DNA from: an uncultured virus (IMG/VR IMGVR_UViG_3300023184_000097) | Lineage: Duplodnaviria; Heunggongvirae; Uroviricota; Caudoviricetes | Strand: one strand, 5' to 3' | DNA length: 20,000 nucleotides | IMG/VR virus record: IMGVR_UViG_3300023184_000097 | Shown here: positions 7,707 to 15,756 of the stretch, one piece after another | Numbering within the stretch: the first letter of the stretch is position 1 | Layout of the letters: each line of letters starts with the position of its first letter | Notes under the pieces: model-generated | Seen by the model: the letters and a program-made list of their open reading frames with translations, nothing else | What the model was told of the DNA's origin: nothing | Databases searched by the model: none | Translations under genes and position numbers: made by a program

Positions 7707-9105
7707 ATCATTTACAAAATTAGTAGACGAAGCCTCTCTGAAAGATAACCCAGGAATACCGGGAGAAGGCGGAAAAGAAGGCGATTACCTTTCAAAGGTT
7801 GAAGGTAGAGCCAAAGAAAAACTTGATGCTCTACAAAGAAGACATGGCGCTGATATTCCTAGATTCATGTCATTTGTTTCTAGAGTAAGACAAATTCAAG
7901 CAGGAAAAGAAAAGGAACTAGAAAAGCTTGCAGAAGATGCAATTAGAGCTTATTACGGGTCTATTCTAGAGGAAGTCACGTTAAACATTAAGTTTCCTAA
8001 GGATGATCAGATTAAGAAATCTATGGAAAATGTTCCATCAGAACCACCAGAAATGCCACAGCTTAAAGAGCTTAAGGATGCTAACATCATTTCAGAAATT
8101 CAAAAAAGAGAGATAGCAAACAACATCACCCAAGGGGAAGCTAAGAACACTAAGCTAATACTAAATCTACCTGAGGTTAGAGATGGTTTAACTAGGATCT
8201 TAGGGCAAGAGCAAGGTGCAGAGTATAAAGATCTACTTAATAAGATCACAGAAATCGCTGGATTCTTCGATTGGCAAATCCCAATGGAAGTTCAGTTAGC
8301 GATGTGGACAGCGGATAAATCAGGATTCAGCGGATCTGTAACAGTTGAATGGAACACCGACGAAGAAGAGAATCCTGAAGAGCTTGCACAAAGGATCTTA
8401 AGTGAATTAGAAGACGGTATAGAAGTACCAGAGGAAACTGAAGAACTATTCGCACAAACCGGACCTACTATCAATGCATTAGGTACTGATTTCGCTATGC
8501 TACTTCACGAATCGGTTAAAGGTATCTATGAACTTATCGCTGCAGTTGGTATTCCTGATGATGAAGAAACAGCAGAAACTGTTATAATGAACACGGATTC
8601 ATTAGCAGATGAGATCGAAGATCTTAGATATGGCCCAGAAATTGCCGCAGATCTTAGAGACTTTATCAGTACTTTCCCTGAATATGATACCATACCTAAC
8701 TTAAGGGAACACGTTTTCGGCAAGATGATGGCAATGGATGCTAAAGATTTTCTTGATCTTATGTACATGATACTTAATGAGGATTCTAAAGCTAAACCAG
8801 TAGTACAGGAGTTTATCGACGAGGTAGCAGAAGAGATTGGTAAATATGAACTAGGACAAGCAGGCATTGATAATGATGATGACTATGAGCCAAGCAAGGA
8901 AACCCCAGGTAGAGCACAAGCAGAACCTGAAGAAATTGATTATTCAGAACTTTCTAAGAGAGAAATCGAAAAATTAATAGATAAAGCTCTAGATGCTAAA
9001 GATTTTGATACCGTCAGAGATCTTGCTAAGTATTTAAAGGAGTCAAAACAACAAGAAGTTTTCGAAAAACTTCATAGAGAGTCTGGTTATCCATCTAATC
9101 CATAG
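7696..9105 (+). CDS. Acidic large-phage protein of unknown function (LLHESVKGIYE motif; C-terminal IDEAL/UVR-like helix)
   Basis: 469 aa; QGEAK, HESVKG, EIEDLRYGP motifs; IDKALDAKDF near the C-terminus; followed by a terminator. Confidence 0.8.
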   Translation: MNFKSFTKLVDEASLKDNPGIPGEGGKEGDYLSKVEGRAKEKLDALQRRHGADIPRFMSFVSRVRQIQAGKEKELEKLAEDAIRAYYGSILEEVTLNIKFPKDDQIKKSMENVPSEPPEMPQLKELKDANIISEIQKREIANNITQGEAKNTKLILNLPEVRDGLTRILGQEQGAEYKDLLNKITEIAGFFDWQIPMEVQLAMWTADKSGFSGSVTVEWNTDEEENPEELAQRILSELEDGIEVPEETEELFAQTGPTINALGTDFAMLLHESVKGIYELIAAVGIPDDEETAETVIMNTDSLADEIEDLRYGPEIAADLRDFISTFPEYDTIPNLREHVFGKMMAMDAKDFLDLMYMILNEDSKAKPVVQEFIDEVAEEIGKYELGQAGIDNDDDYEPSKETPGRAQAEPEEIDYSELSKREIEKLIDKALDAKDFDTVRDLAKYLKESKQQEVFEKLHRESGYPSNP

Positions 9106-9121
9106 CAGTAAATAATGCCAT

Positions 9122-9153
9122 AAAAAAAGCCTAGCATAAACTAGGCTTTTTTT
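9122..9153. terminator. Bidirectional intrinsic terminator
   Basis: A7-GCCTAG-cataaa-CTAGGC-T7 between convergent genes. Confidence 0.9.
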
Positions 9154-9167
9154 ACGTTCTTTATAAA

Positions 9168-9830
9168 TTAAGATAAATATTTTTTAAAGTTGTCAGAGAA
9201 AGATTTAGTTTCTTTCTTTATACCTTTTATCCTGGACATATCTGCTGTTAGTCCCGTAGACATATAAGCTTGGATCTCATCACAAACTACATCATCACAA
9301 TATCCCATATTTAAAAGTATTCTTTCCATATCTTCAAAAATTTTCTTAGATAAACCCAGGACTAGCTCGTAGGTAGACACCTTATATTTTAGATTAACGT
9401 GATATAGACCATGGGCTAACTCATGATTCATCGTTCTGCTATCAAAGCTATCTACACCAAGTAAATAGTATTTCGTATCTGGTCCTATTTTGCTCTTTAT
9501 TGAGCTAATTACCGAATCCATGATATAATCATAGGGGGTAGGAAAAAGTCCATTACGTGCATCTAAAACATGTTTAGTGCAAAGTTCGACAATTTCACCG
9601 GGCACATTAAAACCCGCCCAGTCGTCAGGATATGAAAAGTATTCTACACCTTTCCATTTCCTATATGTCTCCATAAAGAAAAAAGCATCGAAGTGTTTCC
9701 CTTTTATTTCGGGGAATGCAGATTCATAGTGTTCTTGACTCCTCATAAAAAGCATAGCCCTCTGATATCCGTCCTCTATTTTAAGAGCAAATATCTTTGG
9801 CAGAATTTCCTCTATTTCGTAATCAACCAT
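9168..9830 (-). CDS. HExxH (zincin-like) domain protein
   Basis: NHELAHGLY with downstream DEIQAY; YPDDWAGFNVP motif. Confidence 0.7.
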   Translation of the reverse strand: MVDYEIEEILPKIFALKIEDGYQRAMLFMRSQEHYESAFPEIKGKHFDAFFFMETYRKWKGVEYFSYPDDWAGFNVPGEIVELCTKHVLDARNGLFPTPYDYIMDSVISSIKSKIGPDTKYYLLGVDSFDSRTMNHELAHGLYHVNLKYKVSTYELVLGLSKKIFEDMERILLNMGYCDDVVCDEIQAYMSTGLTADMSRIKGIKKETKSFSDNFKKYLS

Positions 9831-9834
9831 AGGT

Positions 9835-10020
9835 TTAAAGAAATTCGCCGTCTCCTAATTCGTCTGCTGCGTCGGCTACATCTTCAGCTGCACTACTTAG
9901 TAAGTTCTTTGTAGCATCTGCTTCTTCACCAGTAGCTATGCTTACTACATCTTTTACTATAGCCACAGGTGTAAGAGCTGTCTTAATAGTAGCGCTTATC
10001 ATGTTTGTTAAAAATCCCAT
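9835..10020 (-). CDS. Small hypothetical protein
   Basis: 61 aa, Ala-rich, with an A-rich leader. Confidence 0.7.
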   Translation of the reverse strand: MGFLTNMISATIKTALTPVAIVKDVVSIATGEEADATKNLLSSAAEDVADAADELGDGEFL

Positions 10021-10048
10021 ATTGTTTTGTTTTTATATTCCCCAATTT

Positions 10049-10112
10049 ATTAGTAGCCATGGCTCGAACATGTTCACCCTTATGATCTGTTGCGTTCTCT
10101 CCCGCGACTAAT
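10049..10112 (-). ncRNA. Candidate tRNA-like structured RNA
   Basis: ATTAGTCGC...GCTACTAAT closing stem (8/9 pairs) directly adjacent to CATG-TTCGAGC-CATG, a T-arm-like hairpin. No canonical D or anticodon arms. Confidence 0.3.
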
Positions 10113-10117
10113 GATCA

Positions 10118-10792
10118 CTAATATTGTGTTCTCAGTAACTGTATAACGTCCCAAGCATCTTCTAAAGCATCGTGTGTAACTATGCCTTGGATTTTAGCTC
10201 TCTGTTTGCATTCATATAAAGAAGGCATTGACTTATCTTCGTTCCAGTTGGTAAAGATGACAGATGGATCGATGATGCGTTGTCTAAGTCTGATAACTTG
10301 TTTCCATCTAGGTAATCTCTCTAAGAAGTGTTTGTCAAATGAAGCAAAGTTTTTACCCGCCACGTTAATTGTAACTGGTTTCATCTTTGATGTTAAAGCC
10401 GGATAGCTCTTTCCATTTTCTATCCCTACCATTTGACCCGCTAACAAAGGATCAAAATCAACCAGTCCATTATCAAAAAGCCAGCGGTAAAATCCTTCGA
10501 CAACTTGATCCTCTTGATAGAATTGCATACCAGTCATCTGTACAATATCGTTCTTCTCATCCTGATTCTCTGCATTCTGATATTGAGCAACTGCTTCGAT
10601 GATCTTACTATTCATATTGATAGCGAAGGGTGAACCTGTTATCTCGTTATGCAAGATGGCTGCGTGAAACTTAGGTATCTCTTCAAAACTAAGTTTCTTG
10701 GTTGTGTCCTCAAGGATAGCACCGATTGAAAGAATCTGATAGCGATCTTTTTCTAGTCCTGTTGTTTCGACATCCACTGAAATGTATATCAT
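10118..10792 (-). CDS. DEDDh 3'-5' exonuclease (DnaQ/oligoribonuclease-like)
   Basis: ExoI VDVETTG, ExoII GKNFASFD, ExoIII HDALED. Confidence 0.88.
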   Translation of the reverse strand: MIYISVDVETTGLEKDRYQILSIGAILEDTTKKLSFEEIPKFHAAILHNEITGSPFAINMNSKIIEAVAQYQNAENQDEKNDIVQMTGMQFYQEDQVVEGFYRWLFDNGLVDFDPLLAGQMVGIENGKSYPALTSKMKPVTINVAGKNFASFDKHFLERLPRWKQVIRLRQRIIDPSVIFTNWNEDKSMPSLYECKQRAKIQGIVTHDALEDAWDVIQLLRTQY

Positions 10793-10813
10793 ATTTTTAA
10801 TTTATTGCTATTA

Positions 10814-10998
10814 TTAAAGTTCATCAGGAATATTAGATTCTATGATCCATTTATAATATTCTTTTGCTTTTGAAAAAACATCAACCTTTGGATTAATTTT
10901 CTTGTGCTCAATAGCCATCATCAAAGAAAATTTTTTATCCGATATACTGTTCATAGTACTATCATATAATTCTTTAATTTGTTCTAAATTTTTGTCAT
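10814..10998 (-). pseudogene. Small gene with an apparent 1-nt frameshift near its start (or an intact 46-aa gene starting at 10954)
   Basis: ATG ACA AAA ATT TAG at 10998. Adding one A to the A5 run gives MTKNLEQIKELYDSTMNSIS..AKEYYKWIIESNIPDEL*. Confidence 0.45.
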
Positions 10999-11085
10999 AT
11001 CTTATTTTATTTGTTATCTTTAGCTAAATGTAGTAATTTGTTTCAACTATAGGATAAACGCTTTAGTAAAAAAACAAAAAGCGGG

Positions 11086-11093
11086 GATATATA
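11086..11093 (+). promoter_or_regulatory. GATATATA candidate late promoter of the lysis operon
   Basis: Exact motif 18 nt upstream of the endolysin ATG. Confidence 0.75.
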
Positions 11094-11111
11094 AAAAAAA
11101 ACCAAAAAAAT

Positions 11112-11930
11112 ATGTTACTGAAGAATGGATCTAAAGGAGATGATGTAAAAAAACTCCAAGAAAAATTAGGCTTAACAGCCGATGGTGCTTTTGGTCCCGG
11201 TACGGAAGCAAAAGTAAAAGCGTGGCAAGCAGCTAACGGTCTAACAGCAGACGGTTTAGTAGGAGACGTAACTTGGGTTAAAATGTTTGGCTCTTCTCCA
11301 GTAGCAGCTCCAGTAGCTATCCCACCTTCAGCATTTAAACTAGATGCTTTAAGAGGACACATTCCAGATGCAGTTATCGCACAAATACCAGATACAGCAG
11401 CTAAATTCGGAATCACTAACGTATTAAGATTAGCTCACTTCTTGGCCCAAGCGGGTCACGAATCGGGGGGATTCAAAGCAGTTACAGAGAACCTTAACTA
11501 TTCAGCTGACGGATTAAAAAAAACATTCCCCAAATATTTCCCAGGAAATATTAGTGAGTCATATGCAAGAAACCCGGAAAAAATTGCTAATAGAGTTTAT
11601 GCATCAAGAATGGGTAACGGAGACGAAGCATCTGGGGATGGGTGGAAATACAAAGGCGCAGGTTTCATTCAGTTAACCGGCAAGGCTAACCACCAATCTT
11701 TTGATAAAACTGTAGATGATGATATTATGGCAAATCCTAGTTTGGTCGCTACTAAATATCCTTTGGCTTCTGCTGCTTGGTTCTTCAACAACAATAAACT
11801 TTGGTCAATTTGTGATCAGGGCGCTACCGATCAGGTTGTTACATCAGTAACTAAAAGAGTAAATGGCGGAATTTTGGGATTGCAAGACCGCATAAAACAT
11901 TTCAAAGAATACTATAACTTACTAAAATAA
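11112..11930 (+). CDS. Modular endolysin: peptidoglycan-binding domain + GH19 catalytic domain
   Basis: LKNGSKGDDVKKLQ..ADGAFGPGT..ADGLVG (PG_binding_1); AHFLAQAGHES, ENLNYS, GDGWKYKGAGFIQLTG, TKRVNGG. Confidence 0.93.
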   Translation: MLLKNGSKGDDVKKLQEKLGLTADGAFGPGTEAKVKAWQAANGLTADGLVGDVTWVKMFGSSPVAAPVAIPPSAFKLDALRGHIPDAVIAQIPDTAAKFGITNVLRLAHFLAQAGHESGGFKAVTENLNYSADGLKKTFPKYFPGNISESYARNPEKIANRVYASRMGNGDEASGDGWKYKGAGFIQLTGKANHQSFDKTVDDDIMANPSLVATKYPLASAAWFFNNNKLWSICDQGATDQVVTSVTKRVNGGILGLQDRIKHFKEYYNLLK

Positions 11931-11943
11931 TTACAACTTAAAT

Positions 11944-12273
11944 ATGTTTTCAGAAGGCGGAATTGTAATGATAATTGGAATCCTATTGGGTTTGTGTGTA
12001 ATAGGCGGGTCAGTCTATTACGTTAATAAAATGTTTGCAACACATACACAGGAAATATTGGTTCGATTTATCTTACTAGTATTCACCTCGTTGGTTGCGT
12101 TGTTCATTGTTGATAAGGTAATAGCTTGGCAGGTTAAGTTACTCAGTGACGAACAAAACACTCAGTTATTCGATTTGATTAAAACATTGGTGCTTATGAT
12201 TTTCTCTTATTACTTCGGAACAAAGGAAGGTATTGAAACCAATGGTAATTCAAACAAAAAAGACAATAAATAA
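11944..12273 (+). CDS. Three-TM membrane protein, holin candidate
   Basis: Three hydrophobic segments, YYFG motif, charged C-terminal tail; directly after the endolysin. Confidence 0.65.
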   Translation: MFSEGGIVMIIGILLGLCVIGGSVYYVNKMFATHTQEILVRFILLVFTSLVALFIVDKVIAWQVKLLSDEQNTQLFDLIKTLVLMIFSYYFGTKEGIETNGNSNKKDNK

Positions 12274-12359
12274 TGGAAACTAAAAATGAAACACTGGCTT
12301 CCCGATTTAATGTTGTCATCAATGACTCGATTGTTGGTTCCATCGCTTTGCATGGCTGA
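12273..12359 (+). pseudogene. 5' remnant of a third lysis-operon gene (METKNETLASRF..)
   Basis: TAATG stop/start coupling at 12271-12275; after ~12 codons it runs into the antisense of the thioredoxin fragment and stops at 12359. Confidence 0.4.
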
Positions 12360-12400
12360 CACCAAGGTGCCCAAAAATCAATTACTTGTAATTTTTTCAT
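12305..12400 (-). pseudogene. trxA: Truncated thioredoxin (N-terminal ~30 aa with WCQPC)
   Basis: MKKLQVIDFWAPWCQPCKAMEPTIESL is thioredoxin-like. The remainder of the 68-aa ORF runs antisense into the + strand lysis genes and lacks the VDE..IRSIPT half in all frames. Confidence 0.75.
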
Positions 12401-12413
12401 TTTATATTATTTA

Positions 12414-13196
12414 TTATTTCTGTACCTTTTTTGGTGCATTGTTAGATCTCATATTAGGATTTTCTTTATCTAATGTGTCAATTGAAACTTGATATGTAGG
12501 TTTAAAATCTGCTCCCGTTATTTCATACCATCTTGATTGGCTATCTTTTTTAGCTAACCAATGATCGCCTTCAACTTTATATGTATAAGAATCACCAGTT
12601 CTAGAAATGATTTGACTTGTTGCAGGGTTTCCTTTTCTTAGATCTGTTGGAACAATATAACCTGATTGGTTTGTTACCAAGCCATCAATCTCCTTTGCTA
12701 TGGTATCATATACTGGTAAATTTGTGTGTGGATCTGCCACTTTTCCAATAGGAGGTTCGATAACTGTAACACCTTCAGCTTTAAATCTGCCATAATATGT
12801 CTTTACCTTATCCGCAGTTACCGATACATTATTTCCCCATCCCCATGATCCCTGAATAACAGAAAATTTTGCCTGCGGAAAAACCCTTTTTAATTCCACC
12901 ATAAGTCCTTTAATATCATCATTAGGCCCAAATGCACCATTCGTTCCGATGTTTATTACAACATCTTTAACTTTAGTTTCAACTGGATGCTTAGAAACGG
13001 CTGATTTTAACCATTTAACCCCCATTCCACTTTTCCATAAACTTTCTTCAGAACCATTAGTTCCTAACATAGTAAGGGTTTTAGACCTCCTAAATATGTT
13101 TGGTGTACATGAATCACCTATGATGATGCTTGTTCCATCACTTTTAGACTCGTTTAAACTTATAAATGATTCGAAATTGTGTATTCGATTTTCCAT
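12414..13196 (-). CDS. SGNH/GDSL-type hydrolase with CTS-like N-terminus
   Basis: Block I IIGDS, block III INIGTN, ADPH as a possible block V; N-terminus MENRIHNFESFISLNE-S. Confidence 0.7.
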   Translation of the reverse strand: MENRIHNFESFISLNESKSDGTSIIIGDSCTPNIFRRSKTLTMLGTNGSEESLWKSGMGVKWLKSAVSKHPVETKVKDVVINIGTNGAFGPNDDIKGLMVELKRVFPQAKFSVIQGSWGWGNNVSVTADKVKTYYGRFKAEGVTVIEPPIGKVADPHTNLPVYDTIAKEIDGLVTNQSGYIVPTDLRKGNPATSQIISRTGDSYTYKVEGDHWLAKKDSQSRWYEITGADFKPTYQVSIDTLDKENPNMRSNNAPKKVQK

Positions 13197-13200
13197 GGAT

Positions 13201-13208
13201 TATATATC
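13201..13208 (-). promoter_or_regulatory. GATATATA candidate late promoter (near-leaderless)
   Basis: GATATATA-ATCC-ATG(13196). Confidence 0.7.
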
Positions 13209-13215
13209 CAATTTA

Positions 13216-13782
13216 TTATATCAGATAACTTAAAAGTTTATCTTTTATCCCCGATTGTTTAATCCCTTCATTTGACCTAGGTGTTAATACAAAGTTTTTT
13301 AGACCATGCCCCTGGTTATATTCAGGCGACATGTTTAGATCGTCGATAGCAACCCAATGAGTAATCTCCGGATGTAGCTCAAGGTATTTTTCTATTTCTA
13401 ATATTCTCTCTTTTTCTTTCCAACCCTTCCAATGATAGAGTCCAGCCGATTGCTCGTCGAAGTCATAGAGATTCGGTGTTGTTGCTATAGGTTTCTTTAA
13501 AATACCTTGGGATTCGTAATACTCTCCAAGTTCTTCTAGATTACCGTGCAACTTCCAGTCGGAAGAGACAACTATTTCCGTACCGGTTTCTTCCAGAACC
13601 TCATTGAGAACTGATATCGCTTTTTTATCAAAGTCATCGAATCTCACAGTAACCGGAGCATCTTTTAACTCCTTGCTAGACTCTGGATTTTCACTTCGAT
13701 ATCTAGACCATTTTTTGCTTCTTCCTCCCCAATTATTTGAGAGACAGATTACTCCGTCATTATCCAGGAACAAAATTTTCAT
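13216..13782 (-). CDS. HAD phosphatase of the Swiss-Army-knife RNA-repair type (HAD_SAK_2-like)
   Basis: KILFLDNDGV (DxD), IVVSSDW, WVAIDDL. Confidence 0.85.
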   Translation of the reverse strand: MKILFLDNDGVICLSNNWGGRSKKWSRYRSENPESSKELKDAPVTVRFDDFDKKAISVLNEVLEETGTEIVVSSDWKLHGNLEELGEYYESQGILKKPIATTPNLYDFDEQSAGLYHWKGWKEKERILEIEKYLELHPEITHWVAIDDLNMSPEYNQGHGLKNFVLTPRSNEGIKQSGIKDKLLSYLI

Positions 13783-14576
13783 AATAATGTATTTAAAATG
13801 TTATGTTTATTTGAATTAAAGTCAGACTCCCATATGATTAATATGTCATAGCCTGCATTAATAGCAAAATTTTCTTTTTCTTTATCAGCCATCCATTTGT
13901 CTCCAGCAGTATATCTATTAGTTCCCCTACCTAATAGGGAATCTTTTTTATAAATTTTAGGATTACCGTGCCAATAGTCACCATAATATTCAATTATCAA
14001 ATTTTTATTAGGCAAGTATAAATCATACCTTAATGGACTTCCTTTTATTATATACTGACTAATGATATTAATTTCATTATTAGTTAGGTACTTTATAATT
14101 TCGCGTTCAGCTTTTGATATTGATCTGGTAAATGAGTTAAATTCTCCGGAATTATATTTTTCCTGTATTGCAAGTTTCATTTTGTCAATACTTTCCTGTG
14201 AATGTTTTTTACCTTTCATCCAATTACTTTCACCTTTCATTTTTTCTGAGTGAGCTTTGCAATTTTCTTCTATCCAGCCTAAACCATTACGTTTATTTGA
14301 TGCGCATATGTTTTGATAAGCTGAATTATTTCTATCTTTTAATTTCCCATTTATTACCCGTGAATTTGGATTTTTATCTCCCGATTTATCACGCTTACCC
14401 ATCTTAGAAGTGTCAGACTTTGGTTTGCTCATTTTTATACGGGTTTCGAGTGACTTAGGTTTTCTGTACGCGGCTAATTGATTTTCATTTTTTGTAAATG
14501 CACATTTTTTACTGCAGTATTTTCCTGAGCCGTATGAGCCATCATGGTTATTTCCGCATCGCTGACATATATTCAT
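13779..14576 (-). CDS. Free-standing homing endonuclease: Cys-rich N-terminus, NUMOD3, C-terminal Vsr/DUF559-like PD-(D/E)XK domain
   Basis: CQRC..GSGKYCSKKCA; MKGKKHSQESIDKMK; SKAE..YDLYLP..IIEYYGDYWHGNP..GYDILIIWESD; very AT-rich. Confidence 0.85.
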   Translation of the reverse strand: MNICQRCGNNHDGSYGSGKYCSKKCAFTKNENQLAAYRKPKSLETRIKMSKPKSDTSKMGKRDKSGDKNPNSRVINGKLKDRNNSAYQNICASNKRNGLGWIEENCKAHSEKMKGESNWMKGKKHSQESIDKMKLAIQEKYNSGEFNSFTRSISKAEREIIKYLTNNEINIISQYIIKGSPLRYDLYLPNKNLIIEYYGDYWHGNPKIYKKDSLLGRGTNRYTAGDKWMADKEKENFAINAGYDILIIWESDFNSNKHNILNTLL

Positions 14577-14591
14577 AATAAGATATTTATT

Positions 14592-14627
14592 TTATATATC
14601 ATCGCCATCTAAAAATATTATTTTCAT
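14592..14627 (-). pseudogene. Displaced copy of the first 9 codons of the HAD gene (MKIIFLDGD-DI*)
   Basis: ATG AAA ATA ATA TTT TTA GAT GGC GAT G versus ATG AAA ATT TTG TTC CTG GAT AAT GAC G at 13782. 7/9 aa identical; starts 4 nt after the upstream gene's stop. Confidence 0.8.
14593..14600 (-). promoter_or_regulatory. GATATATA candidate late promoter at the edge of the endonuclease cassette
   Basis: Exact motif 16 nt upstream of ATG 14576, abutting the HAD 5' remnant. Confidence 0.75.
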
Positions 14628-14631
14628 TTTA

Positions 14632-14817
14632 TTATTTGTTTACAGTAAACATATCAGCGTAATCTGATATTCTTTCGTCCGATATCTCCAAAGAAAATTC
14701 TAGTTGCTTTTCTTTGCTTCCATTTGGATATCTCATCCTCATTAATTCATAGAGTGCAGTTCTTTCTTTTGAAGGTTCTCTTAGAAATACCTGTTCTTCA
14801 TTTTGTTTATTATTCAT
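14632..14817 (-). CDS. Hypothetical protein
   Basis: 61-aa ORF, 8-nt overlap with the upstream gene. Confidence 0.6.
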   Translation of the reverse strand: MNNKQNEEQVFLREPSKERTALYELMRMRYPNGSKEKQLEFSLEISDERISDYADMFTVNK

Positions 14818-15151
14818 TGTTAGTGGTTTCTATCTTTGCTAAATCTGATTTAAGTCTTTCGATAAAAGTATCTTCTCCGTCGTCTCCACTAAGCAACCAA
14901 TCTACTCTCTGTGCATAGATCTCTGCCACCCTAAGATTCTTAACAGCATTCTTAAATTCTGCCAAGACTTCTTCTGGGTATTTATGGTGATTTAGATCTT
15001 CTGGATACTTCTCGTACCAGCTAGGATCTCTCCAACTATCTTTAAGCTCTTCCTGAGTTTTTGGCCGTCCGCTTCTTTCTATCTCGTGCTCTATCTGATC
15101 CGCCATGTAGCCGATCTTGTACTGGTTGTAATCAAATGCTCCCCCGCTCAT
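14810..15151 (-). CDS. Conserved phage hypothetical protein (MSGGAFDY..VDWLLSGDDGE)
   Basis: Recognisable MSGG.F.Y start and DWLLSGDDGE motif. Start moved to 15151, just after the upstream stop. Confidence 0.75.
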   Translation of the reverse strand: MSGGAFDYNQYKIGYMADQIEHEIERSGRPKTQEELKDSWRDPSWYEKYPEDLNHHKYPEEVLAEFKNAVKNLRVAEIYAQRVDWLLSGDDGEDTFIERLKSDLAKIETTNNE

Positions 15152-15152
15152 A

Positions 15153-15344
15153 TTAGGATGTCTTAGGTGTTCCGCAACAGAAACAAGTTTTGATGATAAT
15201 AAAATAACCACCCTCATTATACAGGTGTTGGTTTACTGTCATGTCATCGGATTTAACATACTTGCTAGGTCTCAGATAAGTTCTTTCTACTGGTTTGATT
15301 TCTTTACAGAAATCACATGCGTCCATTTCTACGTCTCCACTCAT
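15153..15344 (-). CDS. Small Cys-rich (zinc-binding) protein
   Basis: CDFC..CFCC; packed in the operon. Confidence 0.65.
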   Translation of the reverse strand: MSGDVEMDACDFCKEIKPVERTYLRPSKYVKSDDMTVNQHLYNEGGYFIIIKTCFCCGTPKTS

Positions 15345-15345
15345 A

Positions 15346-15723
15346 TTATTTAGATTTATAGTTTTTCTCTAGATATTCCCAGGTAGATTTAACGGAATAA
15401 CAAATAGGCTTTCCATCTTTGTCTGCTGCACCATATTTCTTTTTCTTTGATTTCTTTACCTTGACCATCTTACCGTCAATGATTTCATATGTGTCTAGGT
15501 TTCCCTTATTCCAATCTTTCTCACCATATTCAGATTCGTAGCAGAACCAGCTAAACCAATCAGCTCCTTCCTCCCCGTATACTTCTTTAATCAATATGCT
15601 TATTACATGATGTAATCCATCTCCAAAGTCATAAAGATCTACACCAACATTATGTGCTTTCTGTACTGAAGAATCATATTCTTTTAGACGATCTATGATT
15701 TCAGAAAATTCTTTATATTCCAT
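15346..15723 (-). CDS. Hypothetical protein
   Basis: 125 aa; DWFSWFCYE.EYG motif. Confidence 0.75.
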   Translation of the reverse strand: MEYKEFSEIIDRLKEYDSSVQKAHNVGVDLYDFGDGLHHVISILIKEVYGEEGADWFSWFCYESEYGEKDWNKGNLDTYEIIDGKMVKVKKSKKKKYGAADKDGKPICYSVKSTWEYLEKNYKSK

Positions 15724-15756
15724 GATGTATATAGAAATTATTCTTTGTTTTGTTTC

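Noticed and set aside
10049..10112. Canonical tRNA-Met gene
   Set aside because: Too short, with no pairing D or anticodon stems and no CCA; kept only as a tRNA-like candidate.
11635..11695. Endolysin motif YKGAG instead of YRGRG as a sign of inactivation
   Set aside because: GAG variants occur among GH19 endolysins, and the HES and ENLNY glutamates are intact.
94..14600. The endonuclease cassettes being group I/II introns or inteins
   Set aside because: Non-coding flanks are under ~35 nt, leaving no room for a ribozyme core. The GIY-YIG gene is antisense to the helicase, and both target genes are intact without splicing.
15724..15735. TCTATATA-CATC-ATG upstream of 15723 as another late promoter
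   Set aside because: Two mismatches to the motif in AT-rich DNA; not distinguishable from chance, although the spacing matches the 13196 site.
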